Below are positions 50,370 to 64,000 of a stretch of DNA of 64,000 nucleotides, piece after piece (the stretch's first letter is position 1; each line of letters starts with the position of its first letter). Made by a program: the position numbers and the translations under genes. This DNA is from Octopus vulgaris (lineage: Eukaryota), in the NCBI GenBank assembly GCA_951406725.2, contig OX597831.1:42160001-42224000 (forward strand), given 5' to 3'. Below the pieces are notes generated by a model. The model searched no databases. It had not been told where the DNA came from and saw nothing but the letters and a program-made list of their open reading frames with translations.

Positions 50370-51905
50370 GTAAATGACAGAGAGAGAGGTGGGAGAGTGA
50401 TGTGAATCACAAGTGGTGATTCAAGAGAGAGAACAAAAACGGTAGCAATGAAATAGGTGAGCTATGTGAAAGAATTGATTTTTCTTGTGATACTTCTTTC
50501 TTTCTTTCTTTTTTTTACTGTGTAAACAAGTGTTGTGTGGGTGGTTGTAGGAGGAGCAGTAGTAGTATTTGTAGTAGTAGTAGTATTAGATGTTAGGTAG
50601 TAGAATATAGGTACGGTTGTGGAGGGAGGACTTAGAATGAGGTTGTTTCATTTAAATTGGAACATTTGGCTACTATTTCTAGCATGTTGAATAACCATGT
50701 ACAGGCTCCCTTTTCCTCTCTGTAAATAACGTTATCAGTCTGGTGACGGAAGTTATGGTGGTGGCTGTGATTGGTCCAGTCAGTTTCTAGTTTCACTATT
50801 GCTTACCTCACTCTCAGCTGTTGTTTGTATCGATAAATTTTTCTAATTTTTGTATTTCTTCCTACTTTCTACTTCTATAGGAGATGTCTCCTGTTGATAA
50901 TCATTAAGACTCTTGTCCCTTCTCCTTTTTCGTCAGCCACCTTCCTTATATTAAAGAAATGAAAAAATAGTTTGAAATTATTGTCGTTTTACTTTTTTTT
51001 TTTTAAAAAGAAATTTTAAACCTTAAATATTCATGTTTATATAATTGATGTATTTATCTTTCTAATTAATCTGTCAGTAAAAAAAATTAATTAAAAAAAA
51101 TAAACTATATTTCATATTAAAATATGAAATAAAAATTTTTTTAATTACTTTTCCTGTTCAAAAAGGAAAAGAAAAATTGTTACTGATTATTGTAAAAAAA
51201 AATTTTATCAGTATCAATCACTAAATATTATATAGAGTATTTTTTTTCTAAAAACTGGATTTAGAAAATATTTAAAGAAAAAAAAATCTTCCATTAATAT
51301 AGTAACAATGGGATTTGAACCGTTAACACTTAAATAATTATTATTCTCATATTCAGTCTTGTGATTTTTTTTATTCTCTTTTGTTTTTCTCTTCTAATCT
51401 GTCTACCATACACGATGATGAAAACATTTATGACCATAGATCAAAGTAGTCTTTTTTTTCTTTCTTTTTTTACAATTCATTCATTTATTATCATTATTAT
51501 TATTATTTTTTTTTCTTCTTTCAACTTCGGTGGTACTATGCGATCAATAATTCATATATTATTATTATATTATATTGCTGCTGCCCTGCTGTAGTTCAGT
51601 GGCGTGTCATGCGTATGCAGCTTGATGATAGGTAGCTTGCTAGGCTGGCTAGCTAATACTACTGCACTGAAAAGGCAGTGTGTTGCATGCATCACGAATC
51701 TGTTGCTCTGCTACTATGTTCTTTGGTCTTTGTATGTGTGTGTATTTATAATACATTTACATATATGTTACCAACCAGCCAAAGTTAGAGAGTGACAAGG
51801 CCATGAGAGTTTCATGCTGTGGTACTTTTATAAGTGTCAGTACACAAAACTCTTGGTCTTTGAGTCACTCTGTAACTTCTGCTGATATATATATATATAT
51901 ATATA

Positions 51906-52170
51906 CTGTTGTGTCTGGGGGGTGTCATTTTCTTTTTGTACCTTATAATTTAATACACTCACCGGTAAAATTTTCATTTATTTCTTATTTTTATTTTTCT
52001 AAAATTTTCGTTGCATGTTGGCAACCTTTTCAATAGTCTTTTCAATTTTACCGGTGCGTGTGTTAAATTATAAGGCACAAAAAGAAAATGACTCTCCCCA
52101 GATACAACAGAATATGCTTCAACACATGAACTCATATAAAGAATCTTGCAAACCAAATCCAAAAACAATA
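51906..52170. mobile_element. Fold-back Penelope-like remnant
   Basis: 67-bp inverted arms at 51906-51972 and 52044-52110. The spacer on the minus strand reads UUGAAAA-G-GUUGC-caacau-GCAAC-GAAAAUUUUA, a hammerhead-like variant. A short related fragment lies at 13091-13115. Confidence 0.5.
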
Positions 52171-52176
52171 TATTTT

Positions 52177-52442
52177 GCCAGCTCTGTCTGACCCCCGTGT
52201 CGGTGGCACGTAAAAGCACCATCCGTTCGTGGCCGTTTGCCAGCTCTGTCTGGCACCTGTGCGGGTGGCACATAAAAGCACCCACTACACTCACGGAGTG
52301 GTTGGCGTTAGGAAGGGCATCCAGCCGTAGAAACACTGCCAGATCTGACTGGGCCTGACGAAGCCTTCCAGCTTCACAGACCCCAGTTGAACCGTCCAAC
52401 CTATGCTAGCATGGAAAGCGGACGCTAAATGATGATGATGAT
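52177..52442 (+). mobile_element. RTE 3' end (family C), CpG-intact
   Basis: ggtggcacgtaaaagcacc units, ggttggcgttaggaagggcatccagcc and a (GAT)n tail. Confidence 0.85.
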
Positions 52443-52444
52443 TA

Positions 52445-53720
<1,276 letters not shown>

Positions 53721-54621
53721 CTCTTTCTCTGATTCTCTTACACACACCCATTGTTCTTTCACCTACACATACTTATTTTCCTTATATATTTTCTCTCATC
53801 CTCTCTCGCACACATTCTCTTGCAAACACGCATTCTCTCTCATTTTCTTTTGCATGCACTTTCGCTCTCATTCACTCTTGCATATTTTCTCTCTCTCATT
53901 CTGCAATACAGTCACTTTAACATTCTTTCTCTGTCTCTCATTTTCCCTATCATTCACAATCACACATACACAAGCACTCACACATCTTTGTATCATGCTT
54001 ACTTTCGTTTTCACTCTGAATTCAAGTTAACATACATGTAATGATGTGATTTCAAGAAAGGTATTGATTTAAAAATGAAAACTTTAATTATGGGCAGTTT
54101 TGGGTATCTTGGTAATGTGAACTAGGAATGATCCCAGTCAAACTGACATTGAAAGAGTGAAAGTCATTTAAAGCAAAACAAAAAAAGAGAAAAAAAAATC
54201 AGATTAAAAAAGTTCAGAGTAGTCTCCCTTGGACATCAGCTATGATGTCACATTCTACTTATTGTCAGAGTTTATGAGAGAAGTATTATAATGAATGGTA
54301 GAATGTTCTTTCTGTGTAATGAATAGGGAGTTAACCCTTTAAAATCCTTAAAGCCAGATGAGATAGTTTTTTTAATATTTTTTAGAATAAAATATTTTTA
54401 AATTCCACTAATTACACAACATCATAGGAAATATTATCATAATTTCCTGCTGTTGCTGCTGCTGGCTTGTGGGTGGGTGTTTGGTTGTTGGAGTAACAGA
54501 ATCAATAGGATGACAGATGAAGTTCAATACTTTCTAAGTTAAGATTAGCATATATAAATGGCATAAACTATCTGAAACACTGCCTTCTGGGCAGTTTTAT
54601 GATTGCTTGTATGACCTATAT

Positions 54622-54663
<42 letters not shown>

Positions 54664-55506
54664 GCACACACACTGTCCATTGTGTCCTTTCCTAATGTTG
54701 GCTGCTTGAATGTAATTTTGAGGAAATTTGTATGCTATTTGTAACAGGCTGGGTTACAGTGTTTTGTGAAAGGTAGTGATGGGAGGGGCTGGCAATGTTT
54801 TGGCTATATTATACATAAAAGGTGTCAAAATTGTAATGATATTTGTTTGGTAACTGATGAGGGGTTGAAGATGTTTGTGTCCACTGCTTGTATTTTTTCT
54901 TGTTTGTTTTTTTTTTTGTATTTTCCTATATTGATCCCCCTACTACATTTTTATTATATATATAAGCTTGCTTCCCAACCCCATGGATCTGGGTTCAGTC
55001 CTGCTTATATAGCAAGTTGATACCGCTAGTTTATCCTGTCCCCCTCTGACTTTTAGTTCATCCAATTGAAAAAACTGTACCGTTTATGGGATGACCCAAT
55101 ATATATATATACTTTCAGTATTCTAATTTTTGGGATTAATTGATATGCGGGTATTCTATTTCAGATAATACAAAAATAACCTAATGAGTATATCTTACAG
55201 TAAACTCATGATATCAGATAGTACATCACAAAATAATACTTAAAGGATATAACCAAGATTTCCATCTGGGTATATAATGTACTTCATTAATTATATAATA
55301 CTTTATATATATATATAACCCATGCTAGCATGGAGAACGGACGTTAAACGATGATGATGATGATGATATCATCATCATCATTGTTTAATGTCCGCTTTCC
55401 ATGCTAGCATGGGTTTGACATTTTGACTGAGGGCTGGCGAACAAGATGGCTGCACCAGGCTTCAATCTTGATCTGGCAGAGTTTCTACAGCTGGATGCCC
55501 TTCCTA

Positions 55507-55557
<51 letters not shown>

Positions 55558-56136
55558 TATTTTGGACTAATAGGTTATAAGTCGATTAATGTGTTTAAGT
55601 GTTGAGTAGAGCACTGGCACATTTTAGGCTACCTGTTGCTATCTGTGGTCATGATACATTTCCGTTGGATCTGCATCCGGAACTCTGCAGTGTCAGTTGG
55701 TGGCAGACGGGCATATAACAATATGGCAGCTGATGCTCGAGATCTTTAGTGGGACACAAGTTTATCCCTCGATGTACATGAGGAGATCCAGACTGCAAAA
55801 TGGGCCCTACACAACATGTTGAAACGAGTCCCACACATAAGGGACAATAACAGGACAGGTTGAAGTGAACGTTGTACAGAATAAAATTTTAATACCAAAT
55901 CCATCTTCTCCTTACTCAATTGATATATATATATTTTCATTTATTCACTTGTTTCAGTGATTTGACTGTGGCCATGCTGGCGCACCACCTTTTGTTGAAC
56001 AAATCAACCCCAGGACTTATTCTTTGTAAGCCTGGTTCTATCGGTCTCTTTTGCTGAACTGCTAAGTTACGGGGGATGTAAACACACCAATATCAGTTGT
56101 CAAGTGATGGTGATGGGGACAAGCACAGACCTACAC

Positions 56137-56183
<47 letters not shown>

Positions 56184-56549
56184 TTACGACAGGCTTCTTT
56201 CAGTTTCCATCTATCAGATCCTCTCACAAAGTTTTGGTCAGCCTGAGGCTATTGGCTTAGTGGTTAGGGTATTTAGCTTGTGACCGTAGGGTCAGTTGTG
56301 AGTTTGATTCCCAGCAGCATGTTATGTCCTTGAGCAAGATACTTTATTTCATGCTGCTCCAGTCCACTCAGCTGGCAGAAATGTGTTGTACCTGTTTTTT
56401 CAAACGGCCAGCCTCGTCACATTCTATGTGAAAGGTTTGTGTGTCTATGGAGAGCTGAGCCACTTGCGTGTCAATTTCACAAGCAGGCTGTTCCATTGAT
56501 TGGATCAGCCGGAACACTTGTCATTGTTATTGTCATTGTTTATGTATGT

Positions 56550-57074
56550 ATAGATGCAGTGTGCAAGAGAGAAGACTGTGCTGGCTTGGTCATATGATGT
56601 GGATGGATTTTGACAGCTTCATAAAGTAAAGAAGTGTCGATCACTCAAACTGGTTGGAGCTCATAGAAGAAGGAGGCCCAGAAAGACATAGGATGAAGTA
56701 CTGAATGATGATCTCAAGACACTGAGCCTTTGGGAAGAGATGACAAATGACCAAGATACATGGCATCTTGCTGTACTCAAAACCTGTCCTGTACAACAGA
56801 TGTGTTAAGGTCACTCTCCCTGATGAAAAAGATTGGCCTGAAGTTCTATGCCAGTGCCACTTGTGCCGTGCCATGTAAAAAGCACTCATGCTGGCACCAG
56901 TGCCATGTTAAAAGCACCCAGCATACACTGTAAAGTAGTTGATGTTAGGAAGGGCATCCACCTCTGGAAACCAAGCCAAATCAAGGTGGGGCCTGGTGCA
57001 GCTCTCTGGCTGCCAGCTCTGGTCAAACTGCCCAACCCATGCAGTGTGGAAAATGGATGTTAAAAGATGATGAT

Positions 57075-57075
<1 letters not shown>
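56550..57075 (+). pseudogene. RTE LINE ORF2 C-terminus plus 3' UTR
   Basis: RCSVQERRLCWLGHMMWMD...KKCRSLKLVGAHRRRRPRKT*DEVLNDDLKTLSLWEEMTNDQDTWHLAVL, followed by the family C tail. Confidence 0.85.
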
Positions 57076-57138
<63 letters not shown>

Positions 57139-57885
57139 AATGATAGCAGTATGCAAGGATGCTGCATTTTAGCTCTGTAAAATGAGATATAACATCATTC
57201 CAATATAAATTGTCTTTTTTGATGACATTTCATTAGAAGCTTTAAATCGAAATTGTACGACATTTCTAACTGAAATTCTAATTGCAATAATGGTTAATGC
57301 CATTTTGTATTCTATTGTTTTTTAATAACCTATTTCAGAATTCTGATTGTAAAAAATATTTTAAGCACCATTTTAATGGATTATTTTCAAAGTAAATGAG
57401 AATATAAATTTGAGTTGGTTATTGTGAAATGATATTTATTATGGAAGTTATTTATTGAAATTACAATAAAGCAATAATGATATTTCCTATCCTTTTCCCT
57501 ATTCATTTGTTGGTATTTCTGCTATTGTTCTTTTTCTTTTCTGCTACTGTTCTTTCTTTTTATTTCATTTGGCTGCAAGCTATGCTATAACTTGTGTGTG
57601 TATCGCACGTGCGAGTGCGTTTTTGCATGGTTCAGATGGAATTTGTTGAGGCAGATTCTCCATGGCTGGATGCTCCTTCCTGTTGCCAACCCTAATCGGT
57701 TTTCAAGAAAGGGGATAGTTTTCCTTGGTGGTCAGATTGAAAGTAAACAACATCACCTGTATGACGGTGCTAATTACAGATGCCATGTGATGTTGAGACA
57801 AGGCTACACACCATCATCTGCACACCCACACATTACAGATGCACACATGTGATGAGGAAGCAAGCTTCTTACCATACAGCCGCAC

Positions 57886-58525
<640 letters not shown>

Positions 58526-59905
58526 GATAACCATTTTTTCAGTTTCTATTTATCAAATTCACTCAAGGCTTTAGTTGGCCTGGGCCTATTGCAGTGTGTG
58601 TGTGTGCGTGTGTATACATCATCATTTAATGTCCACTTTTCTATGCTCCCATGTGTCAGACAAAGTTTGTTGAGGTAGTTATTCTATGGGCTGTATACCC
58701 TTCCTGTCACCAATCCTCACCTATTTCCCCATGGCCAAACATATCTTGGAAGATTGCATAACAGTGAAACTCATTTACAACTATAACATGATGTTAAAGC
58801 ATGAGACAGTAACACACACACACATACACATGATTTGGCACATCTCTAAATCAGCCCTAAATATATATGGTGCAGGTGTGGCTGTGTGGTAAGTAGCTTG
58901 CTTCCCAACCACATGCTTTTGGGTTCAGTCCCACTGCGTGGCACCTTGGGCAAGTGTCTTCTACTATAGCCCCAGGCCGACCAAAGCCTTGAGTTATATG
59001 TATGTATCCATTATAATTGGTGGTTTGCATTTAGAGCCATTTCATTTGTTCTGATGTTGTTTAGCCACAGGACTTATCAGTCACCACCTTCTCGCTCTTG
59101 TGGTTTTTAGACATATCAAGGACTACATTATTCAGCATGTCCTGTATTTGTAAAATTATTGAAATTTGAGATAGACTCGAATACTATATCTCAGCAGTTG
59201 GACTCCCACATAAAGCTTTTCTAGTTAGCTAAAATTCTGTTGATGTCATTAGGGTTAGTTGCAAGCATTACACCATCCCATGTCCTCTTTTTAATCCATT
59301 TGAAATGTAAGCCTTACATAGCGAGTCCTCCATGTTGTATATGAATTTACTTTTAAGATTTTTAACATGAATTATATAATAAATCTTAACAGCAGCAAAC
59401 TGAAACAGCTGTTTCTCTTTATTTTCTCAGATTTTGGTCTTGCTATATCTAATATAATCTATGTTTTCTGTATTACATTTGGGTCAATTCTCAATTGGAA
59501 CCATTTTATTTACTGCTGTAATGCACTTGTTTTAAGGCTGGGTCACTACGTCCATCCCATGTTGAAGTTTAGAATGCATGCTCAAATTTAGAGGGCTTAT
59601 TTCTCAGTTTAAGAGCTTAGTTTTAAGAGGCTTAGCTGTTTTCCTGTCTAACTAAAACAAACAAACAAATAAATAACTAAGAAATAATAATAATAATAAT
59701 AATAATCCTTATAGGCACAAGGCCTGAAATTTGGGCAGGAGTGGACTAGTTGATACGAAAGGATGAAAGGCAAAGTCAACCTTGGTGCAATTTGAACTCA
59801 GAATGTAGTGGTGGGCAAAATACCGCTAAGCATTTCGTCCAGTGTGCTAACAATTCTGCCATCTCACCGCCTTAATAATAATTATATTAATAATAATAAT
59901 AATAA

Positions 59906-60420
59906 TCTGTTCATCCGTCTGTCTATTGGCATCATTTGTGTCTGAGTTTGGTTTATCTGAAGGCCAAGTTGGGATGATGACAGGTGGTGGTCTTGGGCTG
60001 CTGTTGCAAGGCCATGCACTACCTTCCGTTTACTTCTTCTTTAGTCTTTCTCTCCTCCTTCAAAGTGGAACAACTAAAATGAATTGCTTTTCACCAGGAT
60101 GGACATCAGACAGTTTCTGTTTCCCAGGTGTTAGGGCTGATTCTCGCTTGAAGGAGGGAGGAGTTCAGTTGGTCTTTGAATCTGTGTTTTGGGGCTCCTT
60201 GATGCCATTTGCCATTGATGAGCTTGCCATAGAGGATACTCCATGGGAGTCTTGAAGGGGTCATTTGGATGACATGTCCTGACCACTTGAAGTGATGCTT
60301 GAGGATAGCAGCTTCAGTGTTTGGCATTTCTGAGTGATTGAGGACTTTGTTGTTGGTACATTGGTCCTGCCATTTAATGTTGCCAATGCTGGAGTTTGGC
60401 TTGTTGAAAACACACAAAGC
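59906..60420 (-). pseudogene. RTE-BovB-clade LINE 3' end
   Basis: KWQDQCTNNKVL...LKHHFKWSGHVIQM..SRLPWSILYGKL.NGKWHQGAPKHRFKDQL, ending next to an (ATT)n tract on the minus strand. Confidence 0.85.
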
Positions 60421-60980
60421 TTTTTTCAGGCCTTTTCAATAATAATCAACCAACCTCAGCAGAATTTGGACTCAGAATGTGAAAACGGATGAGATTCCAC
60501 TAAGATTTTCACCCGGCATGCTAATAATTCTGCCAGCTTGCTACCTCAGTAATAATAATGATAATAATGGTTTCAAACTTGGCACAAAGCCAGCAGTTTT
60601 GTGGGAGGGGGTAAGTTGATTTGATCACCCCCCCCTCCCTCCTCAATTGGTACTTATTTTATCAACCTTGGCAGAATTGGAACTCAGAATGTAAGGATGG
60701 ACAAATCACTACCAAGCATTTTGCCTGGCATGCTAATGATTCTGCCAGCTTGATTTCAAATTTTGGCACAAGGAAGGTGTAAGTTGGTTACATCAACCCA
60801 GGCATTTAGTGGGTACTTATTTCACTGACCCCGAAAAAATTTCAAAGGAACGTTGACTCCAAGAGAATTTTAACCCAGAACATTAAGAACCAGAAGAAAT
60901 GCCAGTAAACATTTTGTGTGATTCACTAACAGTTCAACCAATTTGCTGCTTTATATATATGTTGTATGCAATGTGACATA

Positions 60981-61390
60981 GCGCAGGAGTGGCTATGTGG
61001 TAAGTAGCTTGCTTACCAACCACATGGTTCCGGGTTCAGTCCCACTGCGTGGCACCTTGGGCAAGTGTCTTCTACTATAGCCTCGGGCCGACCAAAGCCT
61101 TGTGAGTGGATTTGGTAGACGGAAACTGAAAGAAGCCCGTAGTATGTATGTATACATATGTGTGTGTTTGTGTGTCTGTGTTTGTCCCCCTAGCATTGCT
61201 TGACAACCGATGCTGGTGTGTTTATGTCCCCGTTACTTAGCGGTTCGGCAAAAGAGACCGATTGAATAAGTACTGGGCTTACAAAAGAATAAGTCCCGGG
61301 GTCGAGTTGCTCGATTAAAGGCGGTGCTCCAGCATGCCCGCAGTCAAATGACTGAAACTAATAAAAGAGTAAAAAGAGTAAGAGAGAGTA
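60981..61390 (+). mobile_element. SINE family A, full length, young
   Basis: Consensus match with CpGs intact. Confidence 0.92.
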
Positions 61391-62576
61391 TAGCTTTCTG
61401 ACACGTGTTACTTGGATTTGACATCTAAAGAATGCTTGTGTGTTAAAAATCGAAAAGAGGAGTGAAAATCACAAAGCAAAATATTGAACTCGATTCTGTT
61501 TGAAAAAGAAATCCGTGTACAGTCTAGATCTAGAATGGCATTGTCCCTCTCTGGATAGGATGTTAAACTGTCTTGCAAGTGCCGTCTATTGACAGTTTTG
61601 ATGTTGCCACAGCTAAGTGACCTGAGACTATATGGAATTAAATATCTTAAATTTCCCCCACTCTAAAATTGTCATCATCATCATTTTAACGTCCACTTTT
61701 CCATACCTACATGGGCCAGATGGAACTCATTGATGCAGCTGGATGTCATTGTTGCCAGTTGCCAGCTTGTTTCGAAACAGGATATTTCTTCCTTCCCAGA
61801 AATGCTTACACAAAAGATTAGAAATGAAGGATTGTGCATGTATGATGGTGACATAAGTTTATAACTGTCGTGTAATGGCAAGACAAGGCAACACATGCAC
61901 ACTTTCATGTACACATGCATGTACACATGCATATGCACAACCGTGCATACATACACAGCCATGCATACACACAAATATAACTGCATATACAGATACGTGT
62001 CTGTGCATATACATGCACAGAGACAACCTTGCATACACAACATTGCATATATGCATACATGCAACCATAAACATACACACACAAGCTTTTAGTTTGCATT
62101 TACTAAATCCTCTTCCAAGGGTTTAGTCAGCCCTCGGCTAAAATTGAAGACACTTACCCAAGGGGTCATGCTGTGACATTGAATCCAAAACCATGTGGAT
62201 GGAAAGCAAACTTCTTTAGGAAAATGCTATGCCTGCAATCTGTATGAACTTATTGATGATGTTCTTTAATGACATTTATCTCCAGGTCATCTCTGACATG
62301 ACCATCGTGTCCTTTTGTATATCAGCATCTAACTTACATTGCTCAGTGTGTTCTTGCCTAGGAGTGTGACCTGTGGGGAACTTGCTTTCTATTTCAAGCC
62401 ATTTGATATACAAATCACCTAGAGGGTACTGATAGTTTATATTTGTAGGACTAATGAGCTGGTAGTGGTTCATCATAACTTATTTACCTAATTTTGTTAC
62501 TATTAAATAATGTTACTTTTTTCTTCTGTTTATTTCAGCTTGATCTCTGAAGTGTTGCCAGACATCTATTGTCATC

Positions 62577-62595
62577 ATGGCTGGATCAGTAGCAG
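62577..62595 (+). CDS. Candidate first coding segment (MAGSVA, phase 1) in a 57-nt exon (62539-62595) of an unidentified host gene
   Basis: Polypyrimidine tract and TTTCAG| acceptor at 62538, Kozak-like atcATGG at 62577, and a consensus CAG|GTAAGT donor at 62595/62596. The immediate flanks are TE-free. Confidence 0.55.
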
Positions 62596-63418
62596 GTAAG
62601 TTAATCTTTTCCTCTTATTGTTTTTTTCATTGTCTTTGTGGCACCCGCACTAGAGAGGTTGTTGTGTTTAAGTGAGATTAAAGAGTCCTCTTTGCTCTAT
62701 GTTGTCTGTGTTTGTTCACTAAATGTTTATCTCATACTGGGCAAGTAGGAAAGAGGGTGATGAAAGAAGACCAGAATGAGAGGGTGATAGACGGGAGATT
62801 AATGGAAGAAACAAATGAGAGAGATGGACAGCTACATAGTGATTGTTGGTAAGGAGATTGAATAGAAACAGCATGAGCAATGAAGAGAATGAATGAATGG
62901 AAAAGATAGAAAGAGATATATAGAGACATGTAATGAAGTGTGTTAGAAGGAAAGAATAATGTGAATAAGTGTTATGAATAGTAATGATGGTGGGTGATGG
63001 GGGAGAGAGATGGATTGTGAAGGATGTCATTGAGTGATGGAGGAGGGTGATGAAAAGTGATTGCTAACAATGAAGAGGGAGGAATAGAACGTGGATAAAC
63101 CTAATGGTATGGTGTCATTGTAACACAAGTATTATGATGGGAGAGAGATAGTGATATTAAATGTTAATATGCTAATTCTTACGTATATACTTGTGGTGTG
63201 TGTCACACTTTACTTGAAAGGGAAAGGTAAAAAGAGAGAAATAAAACTTAAGTAGAGGAAGTATAGTTGAAGTGGGAGGCAAAGTGGCAAAGATGAGGGA
63301 CTAATAGTGAAAGACAATGAAACCATTCTTATATTGTCATAGAGAAAACTCTGGAAGACTTTTCGATGAGATATGATAAAGCAGTTGAAAATATGGAAAT
63401 TACAAAAAGAAATGTTAC

Positions 63419-63765
<347 letters not shown>

Positions 63766-64000
63766 AATAGCTGTGAATGTTACTGCTACTTTTCTACTGT
63801 TGAAGGGAGAGGTACAAAGAAAAACACGATAAAAGGTGTTAAGCACAGGTGGTTATTCGATATTTATTAAATGAAGTCTATATTTACAGATGCTTACATT
63901 TTTTATGTTTTCCTTGAAGTTTTCACAGGCCCAGCTAGTTATTTGGCATAATTGTTGGCACTTGGGATGAAATGCTTAGCAGCATTACTTCTGACTGTTT

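Noticed and set aside
51623-51670. Possible C/D box snoRNA (TGATGA...CTGA)
   Set aside because: Only 48 nt long, with a weak terminal stem and no recognisable rRNA antisense element.
60981-61055. tRNA genes at SINE heads
   Set aside because: A/B boxes are present, but there is no complete cloverleaf and the sequence always continues into a SINE body.
60993-61196. Recurrent ORFs such as RASFSFRLPNPLTRLWSARGYSRRHLPKVP and LGKCLLL
   Set aside because: They are translations of SINE A in different frames, repeated wherever the SINE occurs.

Overview
Eukaryotic, AT-rich and repeat-saturated DNA, most likely from an octopod cephalopod (inferred from the SINE families, not database-checked). No intact multi-exon protein gene is visible, and nearly all ORFs in the track are microsatellite or SINE read-through. 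The mobile-element content includes several tRNA-derived SINE families, RTE and CR1/L2-group LINE remnants, and a Gypsy integrase end whose 3' LTR is mostly one ~270-bp palindrome. It also includes an ORF1-only (HAL1-like) L1/Tx1-type retroelement with a 16-bp TSD inside a SINE head, a decayed DD41D Tc1/mariner transposon, hAT/Tc1/piggyBac-type MITEs, a Helitron 3'-5' junction, and Penelope-type remnants with minimal hammerhead ribozyme motifs (one near-canonical). CpGs drop sharply after ~15.1 kb, and there are a candidate 5' exon (donor at 8740) and a small ATG-containing exon (62539-62595). Together these suggest most of the window is a very long 5' intron of a + strand gene that cannot be identified here.
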